This document shows, one piece after another, positions 49,103 through 61,521 of a DNA stretch of 64,000 nucleotides (position 1 is its first letter; each line of letters begins with the position of its first letter). Made by a program: the position numbers and the translations under genes. The notes beneath the pieces were generated by a model that worked only from the letters and a program-made list of their open reading frames with translations, did no database searches and was not told where the DNA came from. Where the stretch lies: NCBI GenBank assembly GCA_964270895.1, contig OZ185450.1; one strand, given 5' to 3'. Source of the DNA: Podarcis filfolensis (lineage: Eukaryota).

Positions 49103-50665
49103 GTCGGTTTCTGATTGGCTGGGGTGGGGGGGGAGTGAGAGAGATGCTTTCATTGGCTTTGGGCGAGCAGTGAAAAGATGAAAGGCCCCTTTGGTAGAGG
49201 AGGTTGCAGTCTTCTCCTTCAGGAGGTGCTCCGCCCACAGAAAGAGGCACTTGATCCATTAATTATGAAGCCTTTGTCTCCAGAACATGCTAATGGGCCT
49301 TTGAAAGCTCTGTGTTTAACGCTAGTTAAATCAGTAGCCCATCCCACTTTCATTTTAATGATGTGGATGTTAAGTGTGGTGGCCTCTTCGTCTTACAGAA
49401 TGGGAGCCCGCTTAGAGCTGGGAGACAAAGCCGTCTGAAACAGCCCGGTTATTCCTTTTGTTTTGAGGGTTGCTGTGTCAGAGCGGCCTGTGTAGCAATT
49501 CCATGTAAGGCAACTGTTGAGACGCCAGTCTTTTATCTTTAGTGAAATTAGCTCTTTAATCAGTTGGGCGCCTCTTTCTCTTCTCTTCCCTTCTCTCTTT
49601 CCCTCCCATGCATACACCTTCCCTAAAAACCTGCAGCGATGGAGAGAGAGAGAGAGAGTAAATTCTGGCCAGAGACGTTGATTCTAAACAAGCAATTATA
49701 TTGCCAATTTTAGGTTTGCATTATAAAATGTGCCGTGTTAAAAAGAGAGCCTTATAGATCACTTTATTTTTAAAGGCAGCCCCTGCCCTCGGGCTTACGA
49801 TAGCACAAAAGGAAAAATGGATTTGGTGAGAGGAGGAAATACGCAAGCCCAGGCATTATTTATTTGTAGTTGCGGGATCTTCTGATGACCCACTGGGATC
49901 GAAAACAGCTCAGGGAAAGGAGGCACCAAAAGTTGCTGGTTTCTCAGCTGGGCTAATGAATTGAGTTACTTCTCTTCCTTCCTCTGCTGCAGCCTGATGT
50001 AGTGGCTGCTGCCAGATGGCAGGAGATTGTAGGAGGAACCTGGCTTCTCAGCAGAGCTGGTGGCAGTGTCTCCACATCCCTTGTCTCTCCTCCACCTCTG
50101 CCACTGTAGTGGCTCTGCTGTCAGGTGGCAGATTTCCACCATGGGACACCCATGCTAGTGTATTAGGATGACTTTCATTGGTGATATGGGGTAGAAAGAG
50201 AATTAAAACAGTTGCCCCATGGAAAGGTTTCCATGTCTAAAAGTGCATGGTTTCATAACATGATGATTGCATGCAACACTAGTCCAGTTGAAACTGCCTG
50301 GCCTTGCATTTGGAGGGCAGAAGGTGTGTTGTGTCCTGTTCCGGATCTTTTTTGTGTGAGGGAGGGGGGCGGGAATGAAATAAGTGGGAAGGACATAAAC
50401 TATTCCAGCTCCAGCGATGGTATAGTTTTATCATCCAGCCCAGGGTCATGCTGGCAGAATAGGAGGGCCCAGAATGCCCACTCTGGCATCAGTGAGATAA
50501 TCTGGATGCTGGACCTTTCTGCAGCCTCACATAGAAGCTATAGGGATCCTGATTTCCCTCTGAGGGCAGACTTCTCTCTCTTGGAGAGGGAGATCCAGTT
50601 AATCCTAAGGCACCTGTCAGGTTTTAAAATGTTTACAGGTTAAGTCCAAGGAAAGCTTTTTAGTA

Positions 50666-50866
50666 CAGTCGTACCTTGGTTCTTGGTTTCTCGAATGTTT
50701 TGGCTCCCGAACGCCGCAAACCTGGACGTGATTGTTCCAGTTTGCGAACTATTTTTGGAAGCTGAACATCCTATGGGGCTTCTGAATGGCTGCAGGAGCT
50801 TCCAAATGTTTTGGAAGTTGAATGGACTTCTGGAATGGATTCCGTTCGACTTCCAAAGTACGACTG
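50666..50866. mobile_element. Tc1/mariner (Tigger-like) MITE
   Basis: TA|CAGTCGTACCTTGG ... CCAAAGTACGACTG|TA. Confidence 0.85.
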
Positions 50867-52109
50867 TAATTGAATATAACATTTAAACTTCACTAATGTG
50901 CTTCGTTGAATTCCCTCCCCCCAATCAATTGGTTCAGTTCAGCTGCTTCCGGGCATTGGGAAAAGATGGTGTCCTACATATATTGCAAACCAGATAGGAA
51001 ATCAGACATGCTAAATCGGATACCAATTTATATAGGGGATTGGAAAATTATTGGGGGTTTTATACATTCTGCTGAACTCTACATTGGGTTGTTGTTTTTT
51101 AGCTGCTACTTTTTATTTGTTTATTTTAGTTTATAAACTGCTCTAGGAGTTTTACTGAGGAGTTTATTTAACAAATTGGGCCAGGAGGAGGAATACCTGA
51201 AAACCACCTCTTTCTCTGCCCCCCTCCCCGAAATGGTGCCTTTTATCATTGGAGAGTGACCAGTTGGAGACCACCCATTTTAAAGTACTTCTCTCACCCA
51301 TTTTAGATGATTTTATCTCTCCCTTTCTCCAAGAAGCTTAAAGGTGGTATTCATGGCTTTACCTAGCCCTCTTTTACCTTGCAATGAGCTTGTGAGGTAG
51401 GTTAGGCTGAGGGTGGTTGACTGGCCTAAACTGAACTTCGTGGTGGTGGACAGGATTTGAACCCTGTCTCTCTGTTGGCCCCTTGTCTCACATTTTAAGC
51501 ACCATGAAAATGGAGTGGAGGTGAAAGTAGAATACTTAGGTGTCAAGCAGTTTCTGAAGTTGAAATGTGGGGCTGGGGGAAGAAGAACGCTAGGGCTGCC
51601 ACCTGCTCTTGACTATGTTTTAGTTGTGAGTTGGTGGGGCGTTGAAGCTGTCGGGGCTTCCCCAGATGATTGACGTCTTGCCTCTTACATCTCTGGCTGC
51701 ATCTTGGAAAACAGCTTCTAATATTAGTGATCCCACCAGCTCCTCTTTCTAGGGGGTGAGCAGGCAGCCAACACCCTTGTTGCCGCAGAGCTATAAATAC
51801 CACCTTTACTAGTTCCTGAGATCAGGGGGTGGGTTGTATGCCCACCTAGCACTCACAGCAGCAGTGTGATGCTGCATTTCTTTACTACAGTGAGGGAAAT
51901 GCCAGGAACTCTCCCCCCCCATACACATTGTAAGTACAGAAACAAGTTCGTTGCTAATGTCTTGAGCATAAGAAGTGTGGTTGCTGGTGCATAAGTACTG
52001 AGTGTGCAGTTGGGGGGTGGTTTGGTAAGTGCATTCAGGGTCTAGAGCCCTGCATGCTGGTGGTCCTCTAAAGGCCAAATCATAATCCCCTTCATGCTCT
52101 CCCCAACAG

Positions 52110-52245
52110 ATGCTGACCCGGCCGTGACAACGGCGATGTTGCGTTGGATCTATACAGATGAGCTGGAGCTGAGAGAAGATGACGTGTTCCTGACCGAGCT
52201 GATGAAACTGGCAAACAGGTTTCAGTTACAGCTCCTCAGGGAAAG
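52110..52245 (+). CDS. ANKFY1: ANKFY1 exon 4 (BTB), ending at a GC donor
   Basis: ccccaacag|ATGCTGAC...GAAAG|gcaagt; 136 nt, DADPAVTTAMLRWIYTDELELREDDVFLTELMKLANRFQLQLLRE(R). Confidence 0.93.
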
Positions 52246-53024
52246 GCAAGTCTCTGAATGAGCGGTTGAATTTGTTTCTTAATTAACCAGGCTATTTGTC
52301 CTAACGCAAGTGATTGTTTTTCCCCCTGTGGATCCCTCTGGGAAGCGGCTTTGAATTCAAAGATGGGCACTCTCAGAAATGCAGCTGTGATCAGGACCAG
52401 TGGTGGGATCTCTTTCCTTTGGAAAGATCTGCTGAGGATGCTTGGGTCAGCCTTCCTGGTGACCTCCAGGTGTTCTGGGCTCACTGGTTAAGGTTGGTTT
52501 AGGTAAAGGTTGTCCTATTGCACGCATGGGTTAGAAGGCCCTCTTGATGCTTCCTCCAGCAAATGAAGGAAATCTCGCCAGGTTCTTTGTCAAACCTATA
52601 CATTGGAACTGACTTTGTAGTAACGAGCGTGACTGTAGTGACACGGAGAATCTCTTCTGCCCTGGGATCTTGTGTGCTCCTATTAATTTATCCCAATTGT
52701 GTATGTGCAAATGAACTTGGCTTTACTAGATGTATCACATCTGCCTATTTCTGGAAGTATGGGCAAGGCAACATTCCAGGGGCGTGTTAATAGATTATAA
52801 TGCTCAGATATTACTTGAATCAGGTATTACACTGGCTGTGGCAAAGTTTCTTTTGGAGGTTATAAGAAACAAAGATCATTATGCCCTAGATAAAACAAAA
52901 TGACTGCCTTGGTTCTACCATCTGTCTGTATGGTCGTTTTAACTGTATCTAGTTTTGAAATTGTTATGGTTTATGTTTTATGGGTCTTTGGACCGCAATA
53001 AAGTATTGATGATGATACTTGAAT

Positions 53025-53062
53025 CATTATTTACATTATTTACATTATTTACATTATTTACA
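53025..53062. repeat. (CATTATTTA)4 tandem repeat
   Basis: Four perfect 9-mer units. Confidence 0.9.
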
Positions 53063-53605
53063 ACAGGGTGATGGTGTTAGCAGCACAAGCAGAAAAGTCT
53101 TGCCTCTCTCATTCAACTGGATGAATGGTAGCTTAACGGCAGAATGCCTCCTGTGAATGTCTTGCAGGGTGTTAGGCTTTTAGCCAAGAATATTAATCTT
53201 AACTTCAGAAGTCTTCAAGTGCAGGACAGGCAATTCCTTCGGAGCTGAAGGCTACTCCTTGAACACTGATCTGCTCTGAATATGGAAACCATAGTTTCCT
53301 GGTTTGGATGCAGTGGGAAACTGTGGTTAATGAACTCAGGCACTCTTCAGTTGTTGCTCAGCAAAGAGGGAAGGGATGACACACGCCACTTGCATATCTT
53401 AGTTTAATTAACTGAGATAGTTATGTCCGATCTGGGCCAAGATCTTTCAAAGAACTTCTTCAGTTTTACTAATACTTTATAAAGCAGGTCTGTGTTCATA
53501 CTTTTTAGCTACTGAGATAAGTCTTTTGATGCGGGCAATGAAAATCATCTCCTAGTAAATCCCCTTTTTGCTGACCCCCGGCTCTTTCCCTGTCTGTCTT
53601 GGTAG

Positions 53606-53729
53606 GTGTGAAAAAGGAGTCATGTCACTTGTGAACGTCAGAAACTGCATCCGCTTCTATCAAACAGCTGAGGAGCTGAATGCCAGCACTTTGATGAACT
53701 ACTGTGCAGAGATAATTGCTAGTCATTGG
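53606..53729 (+). CDS. ANKFY1: ANKFY1 exon 5
   Basis: cttggtag|GTGTGAAA...CATTGG|gtaagc; 124 nt, CEKGVMSLVNVRNCIRFYQTAEELNASTLMNYCAEIIASHW. Confidence 0.96.
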
Positions 53730-54647
53730 GTAAGCGCCGAGAGAGGAGCATGGGGTGCTTCAAGAGGTCAAATGAGGATATGTGTTTTTTAATGTAAAAA
53801 TGCAGCATTTACTCTGTTTCCAAGGCAAAGATTTCTGTAAAATTTGAAACTATACTGAGAATCCCCCATATTCTGTTCTGCAGCTGCTTTGGGCTGTACC
53901 ATGTACAGCAGGGGAATTGCGTGTTTAAAGGTTGCCCCAGGAAACAACAAATGCCACCTCGCATGTGGAAAGCTGGCATGTTGGAGAGAAGAATTTTAGC
54001 CCCGCATTCTCTTTGCCTTGTTAGCTTCCCACTTGCAAAGAAGTTTTCGTTTTCATTTGGTCGGCAGTTTGGTGTATGCATCTGCTTAAAATGGGATGTC
54101 TTGGCATTGACAGCAGAACTGATGCCTGTACTGAAAACAGGCGGTTCCTGGTCTGTAATTATTGATTCATAGCTCAGTTCCAAAGCGTGTTCCCCCCTCC
54201 ACCCGTGGAAACATTTTGCAGCGTGGGAGAAAAAGTGCCTCATTAAAGATCATCAGCCTCTGTTACATGTGTGGATAAATAATCTCACAGGTTGAGACAA
54301 CAAAACGTTGGAGGATGTTCCTGGTACAATGATTCATGCCCATGGGAGAGCCTTGTGTTCAAAGCTAAGATACGGAAGGAGCATGCTTATACCACCCAGA
54401 GCAATAAAACAGGTGGGGAGCCTGTGGCCTGCCATGTGTTGTTGGCATCCAGCTCCCATCATCCCTGACCATTGGCCATGTTGGCTGGGGCTTATGGGAA
54501 TTGTAGTACAAAGCACCAGGTTGGTGACGGCTGGTCTAAGCAGCTTGCAGTAATTTATTTATACAGTACCCATCTTGCAGTAGTGTAGCACAGCTTCAAA
54601 CCCAGCTTTCTCCATTCCTTGTGCTGCCCACGCATACATTTCTTTAA

Positions 54648-54697
54648 ACACACACACACAGACACACACGCGCACACACACACACACACACACACTT
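54648..54697. repeat. Interrupted (CA)n microsatellite
   Basis: acacacacacacagacacacacgcgcacacac...; a purer (CA)n lies at about 56634-56672. Confidence 0.9.
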
Positions 54698-55288
54698 TGT
54701 AAAGTAAAAATAAAATATAAAGCAGGAACAAACATAGTACACTAACCAAAACAAAACATAGACCCATAAACTCTAGTATTGCAGTGAAAACAAGAGAGTT
54801 GGAAATCATTTTACAGATTCACAGAAACACATGTGCTGCTCTTGCTGCAGCATTTATACTTTTCAAGCCAGAAACCAATAAATGCTTGGGAATTGTATTC
54901 AGCCACATAGACTTTTGAGAGGCAGGCGGGAAAATCTGACCACATACAATCAAATGTACTTTTTCAGTTTGACTCCCCCCAAAAGTCTGGGTTTTTTCCT
55001 GTTACCCATACACTTCTAAAAGCACAGATGCATGTAGAAATGGCTGATACTTTTTTATGCTTGCTCTATGCTGTATTTTTATTTATGTGTTTGTTAAGAT
55101 GTAAGCCCAACGGTGGGGAGTGTTGTTTTAATTTCATGTAAGCTGCTCTGGGAACCTTTCTGACAAGGAAAGGGTACAAATGCTACAAATAAATAAATAG
55201 CGCTGGAGAAATGACTGAAGCTGGGGGGGGGGGGCTAAGGTTGGAGCCAAGATATGTGACTTTCTTGATTGATGATTTTTTCCTCCAG

Positions 55289-55438
55289 GATGATTTGAGG
55301 AAAGAAGACTTTAGCAGTATGAGTGCTCAGCTATTGTATAAAATGATCAAATCCAAAACAGAGTTTCCTTTGCACAAAGCTATTAAAGTGGAGAGAGAAG
55401 ACGTCGTTTTCCTGTATCTTATTGAAATGGATTCGCAG
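55289..55438 (+). CDS. ANKFY1: ANKFY1 exon 6
   Basis: tcctccag|GATGAT...TCGCAG|gtaggc; 150 nt, DDLRKEDFSSMSAQLLYKMIKSKTEFPLHKAIKVEREDVVFLYLIEMDSQ. Confidence 0.96.
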
Positions 55439-55953
55439 GTAGGCAGAGATCCTCCCCTAAATCTGCACTAGGATAGAATTTTGGAGATATCTCTCGATTG
55501 CTCATTACTAAAAAGTCAGTTCCCTCTGCCTCTTAAGAAAGCAGAATAGACTTTAGCATCTGAAAGGAGTTTTTAAAAACAAACACCACCTTCCCTAGTT
55601 TGCAGTTACAGTTCTCCCCCCCCCCCCATATCACTAATAAAACCTTTCTCTTCGAAATGATTGTTGCTTCCCCCACAACCTCCACTGTCTTTTCTTTTAA
55701 CTGTCCGTAAGCCCGCCTTACGTTCGAACCATTGTTCTATTTAGTCCAGGTCGGCCTTAGTTCTTGAGCCTGGGATTTGCGTCATGCTTTGTCACTGAGC
55801 ATGGCCTCTCCTAAGCTTCTCTGCCGCCCTGCGTGGCTCCTTAGTGAGCGGCGTTAAATGTAGAATAAACACCAGAATCTTCGTTTTTCTTTTATCTGCT
55901 GCTTTTGCTATCATGCTGTGCGGTGTCCGACTTCTAATCCTGTTTCCCTGCAG

Positions 55954-56119
55954 CTGCCTGGGAAGCTAAACGAAGTAGATCACAACGGAGATCTTGCTTT
56001 AGATCTGGCACTTTCTCGAAGACTGGAAAGCATTGCAACCACCCTGGTTAATCACAAGGCAGATGTGGACATGGTGGACAAGAAAGGCTGGAGCTTGCTG
56101 CATAAAGCTATTCAAAGGG
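55954..56119 (+). CDS. ANKFY1: ANKFY1 exon 7 (ankyrin repeats)
   Basis: ccctgcag|CTGCCT...AGGG|gtaaga; 166 nt, LPGKLNEVDHNGDLALDLALSRRLESIATTLVNHKADVDMVDKKGWSLLHKAIQR. Confidence 0.96.
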
Positions 56120-56630
56120 GTAAGAATAAACTGTGTTTGTAAAATATATAGTTCACTTTCCAGCTAAGAATTCGTTCTGTACATTCCTGGCAAAAACACC
56201 TCATGGAATCGCAGAGTTGGCAGGGACCTTGAGGGTCACCTAATCCAATCCCCTGTAATGCAGGAATCTCAGATTTCATAGGTGCTAGCATTTAAATTTG
56301 TAGATCGGGGTAGGGAACCTTGGGCCCCCTGGAGCCAGATGCTGGCCTCCAGGCCTCTCTGTCATCAGTAAACGAATGGATAGAAGATATGTACAAACTT
56401 GCAACACACGAACAAGTCCCCTACAAACGTCAGCTTGCCATGGCAAATTTAATGATATTTGGAATTCATTTTTATAAACACTGTATTAGGTTAAGTTTAG
56501 GTTAACTACAATAACAAGCATGTAGTGTATATAGTTTACACGGGTGTTGTTGTTTTTCTATTCGCATCTTATTTTACCTTGCACACTTGAAATTGTATAC
56601 TTCCTGTATTTCAGTAAAGAATATATATTT

Positions 56631-56674
<44 letters not shown>

Positions 56675-56922
56675 AATCATCATTAAAACAACCACCTTAT
56701 ATAAAACACTATTAACAAAACATCTTAAAAAATAGACGGAACAGCACAACCGCAAGAAAAGTCATAAAATTCACAAAGCATTACAGCACTTGTAATCCAC
56801 AAAACAATATTAGCAACATTAACAAACAACCAAAAACTAACCAAGGACGTCTTCCCAGCAAATTCCTCCACCCACCTGTTTTTCATGTCCACAGCAAACA
56901 GTAGGTTGTGTGTAAGCATGTA

Positions 56923-57155
56923 CAGTGGTACCTTGGGTTAAGAACTTAATTCGTTCTGGAGGTCTGTTCTTAACCTGAAACTGTTCTTAACCTGAAGCCC
57001 CACTTTAGCTAATGGGGCCTCCTGCGCCGCCGCTGCATGATTTCTGTTCTCATCCTGAAGCAAAGTTCTTAACCCAAGGTAATATTTCTGGGTTAGCAGA
57101 GTCTGTAACCTGAAGCGTGTGTAACTTGAAGCGTATGTGACCCAAGATACCACTG
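56923..57155. mobile_element. Tc1/mariner (Tigger-like) MITE
   Basis: TA|CAGTGGTACCTTGGGTTA ... CCAAGATACCACTG|TA; reverse complement of the 13135 family. Confidence 0.9.
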
Positions 57156-58753
57156 TATCTCCAACTTGAGAGAAAGATCTCTGCAGACTAGAAATGTCTT
57201 CTATTCTGGGCCATCTTGCATGATCAAGTTAGAGAGTTGTTGAACTGATGTTGGACATTACACAGCAGATTAACTTAGCTTTAGAAAAAACCTCCAAAAG
57301 TCTGGCAAAGCATGTGGTGTGTTTGGTGGTTCTGAAGTTTTCAGTGCAAGAAAAGGGATCCTTTTGAGGATTCATACAGTTAGACAGGAATTGGTTGCCA
57401 TGGCAGTGATATGCAGAGAGCAAAGGAACAGAGCAGTAGCATCTTGAATTACATCTTCCTCTGGCAAGAGAAAGTGGGGCTTGTTGCCTGCCCTTCTTTG
57501 TTAGCAATTCAAGCCGATGGCCAGCAATTTCTGTTCTTCCCTTGGGCTAAATACTTGTAGAAAATAAACTTCATCTAAATGTATAATAGGAAAATTATAG
57601 TCCTCTGCAAGGTATGAGTAACCCATGAAGATAAACTTCTTTCCATATCACTTAATACCAGCTGTAGTCAAGATCAGAGGGTTTTTGGTTGGCTAGCCAG
57701 AAATCATGTTCACCCTTGTGTCCCTCTCTCTCCTCCCTGCCCCCCAGGATTGGCTGTGATGAGCCTGCAAGGAGTGTCAACTTTGTGTGGTGGTGGAAGC
57801 AAACCTTTCCCCTCCATTCCCAGCCCTGAGCTGAGTAGCTAGAGGGACTTGTCCATGGTGCTTTGAGCTTCAGAGCGTCTCCGAAAGCAGCAGGGCGCTT
57901 TGTTCATTCTGAGAATTAGTTTGAGGTTTGGGAGAACCTCTATAACTCCTCCCAGTTCAGGAGAAGGGCAAGGTATTTCACCAGAATTGTAAAAACCCCT
58001 TGGTCCCTAGTTACGAAACTGCAGGTTAAGGGCCTCCAACCTTGCAGGAGATTTCTTTTGAAGCTGGAATACAACTGACAACAGTCTACCTTGCCAGAGC
58101 AGGTTTAGGGTCTTGGCCCATCTTACGGGTTCCAGGCTCCGCTATACGGATCTTGCAGGCTCTTTAAGCAACGTTACTTCATCTGGTTCAGATTGCGAAA
58201 TGCCAAAAACGTTAAGGAGATCTTTGGATCTCCCTTCACTGTGCTGGAATGGGTGTTCTGTGCTTCCCAGTTACAGGCAGCTTGCTTGTGAAAAGCTGCA
58301 GAATGGTGTGGGGGCCATTTTTTGGTGAACGCGTTGCCATCACTTAATGCCTGTGCTGGAGTTGTGCTGATGGGTGGCTGTGATGCTTACTCAGCACAAG
58401 AAAGCAAGGGTCTCCATGATTGGAGGCACCTGAAGAAGCATCGCACTGCAGCACTTCATGGGAAAGTTCTGATGTACAACCGGTGCCTGTCGAGCCCTTG
58501 TGATCCACATGCACCTGCAACTCCATCTCCCTCCTTCCTATCCTTTTTACCCCATCCCATCCTTTCTTGGCCATTCCATGGGCTGTTTGTAGAACCTGTA
58601 CAGGCTGCGCTTCCTCCATAAGATCAAAATCCAGAAATAGGACTGCTACTTTCTCAGGGCCACCATTTCTGGTGTTTCCCCATTTAGGACATAAGCACTA
58701 AACTGTATGTGAATTGACATGTCATATGGATGCATCAGAAGTTTTAAAATTTA

Positions 58754-59017
58754 CAGTGGTACCTCGCAAGACGAATGCCTCGGAAGACGAAAAACTCGCA
58801 AGACGAAAGAGTTTTTCGTTTTTTGAGTTGCTTCGCAAGACGATTTTCCCTATGGGCTTGCTTCGCAAGACCAAAACGTCTTGCGAGTTTGTTTCCTTTT
58901 TTCTTAAAACCGCTTGAAGAGGTGCAGTTGCGACTGACCGTGCTTCGCAAGACGAAAAACCACGCAAGACGAAAAGACTCGCGGAACGAATCAATTTTGT
59001 CTTGCGAGGCACCACTG
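58754..59017. mobile_element. Tc1/mariner MITE with repeated CGCAAGAC motifs
   Basis: TA|CAGTGGTACCTCGCAAGAC ... GTCTTGCGAGGCACCACTG|TA. Confidence 0.9.
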
Positions 59018-59780
59018 TATTTTTTAAATCTGTTTTTCTATATGGTTCCTGGTGGTCTCCCATTTAAGAGGCCGACCTGGTCCAGGGCTACTTAGTCTTA
59101 GCTGTGTTGCAACCTCAGATACTCCCAAATATGCCTGCTTCTCGACTCTCTTTTAAACAGCTTATTTTCCATTCTTCTCCCCATCTAAACACATAGGGAA
59201 AGCAGTCACTTAGAAGAGAGAGGCATCCAGCAACTTTTTTGTGGGTCCTCCGTGTGTTATTTGTATTTTCTTCAGAACTCTAAATAAGCAGAACACAGTG
59301 AGCCAAACAAGTTGCCCAGGCACTTGCTGAATAATCTTGCTTTATCTTCTTACGTGAGTGTGCTGTGGTGATGAGAGTGTTGGACTAGGATTTTGGATTC
59401 CAGGCTTCAAATTCCCACTTGGCCATGAAGCTAACTGGGTGACCTTGGGCCAGTCACTGCCTCTTAGCCTAGCCTACCTCACATGGTTGTTTTAGGGATG
59501 AAATGGGGCAGGGAGAAGCCACCTTGAGCTCATAATGTTAATAACACACCCAAATAGAGACCACTAATCCTCTTTCCATCAAAAGCCCTGCATCTGGGTC
59601 TTTTTAAATTTTTTAACAAACCTATTCCTTTTCTACAGATACAAGGAATACTCTGCCGTTTACACTTTTCTGACTGATATGGCAAATGGGGAAGGATTGT
59701 TAGGGAGGGTTTCTTTGGAGTGAGTGCTTTTCAAAAATCCTGCTACCTGACTTCTGCTCTTTCCTTGTCATTCCCCAAAG

Positions 59781-59985
59781 GAGATAAATTTGCTGCTAGC
59801 TTCCTTGTTAAAAACGGTGCCCGGGTGAATGCTGCAACCTTGGGAGACCAGGAGACTCCCTTGCACCTTGTGGCCTCCTATAGCCCCAAGAAGCACAAGC
59901 CGGACATCATGGCAGAGATGGCACAGATTGCAGAGTCCCTCTTGAAGGCAGGAGCCAATCCGAACATGCAGGACAGCAAAGGAAG
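59781..59985 (+). CDS. ANKFY1: ANKFY1 exon 8 (ankyrin repeats)
   Basis: ttccccaaag|GAGATAAA...GGAAG|gtgact; 205 nt, GDKFAASFLVKNGARVNAATLGDQETPLHLVA...GANPNMQDSKG(R). Confidence 0.95.
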
Positions 59986-60099
59986 GTGACTGTTGGGTGG
60001 CGTTGTGTTTGTATGTTTCCTTGACCTATTGCTTGAAATGTTGATCTGGACATCTGAAGATGCTTTATGCAGAATTGGAAAAATTGGTCCATCAAACCC

Positions 60100-60545
60100 T
60101 TGTACCCACGTACCTATGGGACCGCCTCTCCTGGTATGCCCTGTGGAGCACTTTGGAGGTCCCGAGCCTCAAGGAAGTTAGATTGGTTTCAACTAGGGCC
60201 AGGGCCTTTTCAGCACTGGCCCCGACGTGGTGGAACGCTCTGTCACAAGAGACTAGGGCCCTGCGGGACTCGACATCTTTCCTCAGGGCCTGCAAGACAG
60301 AGCTGTTCCACCTGGCCTTTGGTTTGGAATCGGTCTGACCCTTATGTTTCCCTCCCCTTATGGTCTTGATTTATCAGCTACTTTAAAATGAGGCTGCACC
60401 TGTACTTTAAATTGGTTTTTTTTTCTTTGCCCCCCCTCTTTCCCCCTATTATGTTTTTACTGTGATTTTATTGGTGTTAGCCGCCCTGAGCCCGGCTCTG
60501 GCCGGGGAGGGTAGGGTATAAATAAAATTTGTTGTTGTTGTTGTA
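60100..60545 (+). mobile_element. L2-clade LINE 3' end
   Basis: Translation RAFSALAPTWWNAL...SFLRACKTELF (L2 ORF2 C-terminus), 3'UTR gccgccctgagccc...gggtataaataaaattt and (GTT)n tail. Confidence 0.85.
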
Positions 60546-61382
60546 TTGCTTATTTTGGCTGGCAGAGGTACCAGTGATAGAAACTGCAACCTTTGCATGT
60601 AAAAGCATGTATGTTATTGATGGGATTCCAGTGCCAGGGTAAAACGTATTTGTTATCCCAGGCATCTGGTGACTGAAATTTGGGCTGTTCAATGTCTTAG
60701 GTGGTGTTGAACCAGCGGGCGGGGAGAGATGCCAGGTGACCTGGCGGTGGTAATTCAGATCCATCCGTAGGAAGTGGAGCAGGGTTAAAAACACCAGGGT
60801 CCTGAGACTCAGAAACCAAGAAGACAAAAACTTCTTAAAAAGAATGGGAAAAAATTATAATTTATCTAGGAGACCACTGCAAGCAGATGGAAACATTAGC
60901 AGGATTTGAAACTCACTTGTAATGTAACAAATACTATGGGTATTATGGATTGATTTAAAATATAGAATATGGAATAATACGCAGTTGTAAATGCTGGCAG
61001 TAGGACCCATGGAGGGGATGGGGCGGGAAGTCTCAAGATTCAGAGTAATCTCTGTATATGGATATGTATTTGGAATGTTATAAATTTATATTTGTAAAAT
61101 CAAATAAAAACGATTTCAATACATAAATAAATATCTGCACCCCGTTAAGTCTGTCACTGAAAATAGGTGAAACCTGTTGACGGGTACAGAAGTAAATCTA
61201 AAACCGACTGCTGAATGCTTAGTAATAGCTGTTAATAATTAAAATGGATGTTGGTCTCCGGTGTAAATAAGACAAGCAGGTAGAGCCATTTGAGGGAGGA
61301 GTTGAGTGTCAGGTGCTCCAAGAAGTTGCCAACTTACAAAAGAGATCTTGCTCCTTGACCTTTGCCCTAATTCAACTGACCC

Positions 61383-61386
<4 letters not shown>

Positions 61387-61442
<56 letters not shown>
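61387..61442. repeat. (CT)28 microsatellite
   Basis: Perfect dinucleotide run ending 10 nt before ANKFY1 exon 9. Confidence 0.95.
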
Positions 61443-61445
<3 letters not shown>

Positions 61446-61452
61446 CCCCCAG

Positions 61453-61521
61453 GACTCCACTGCATGCTTCCATCGTTGTGAGAAATGACCCAGTATTCAG
61501 CCAGCTGCTCCAGTGCAAGCA
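61453..61521 (+). CDS. ANKFY1: ANKFY1 exon 9
   Basis: (CT)28 gcacccccag|GACTCCA...AAGCA|gtaagt; 69 nt, TPLHASIVVRNDPVFSQLLQCK(Q). Confidence 0.93.

Noticed and set aside
58754-59017. Regularly recurring short motif resembling a CRISPR array
   Set aside because: Eukaryotic DNA, irregular short spacing, enclosed by TIRs and a TA TSD; it is a MITE.
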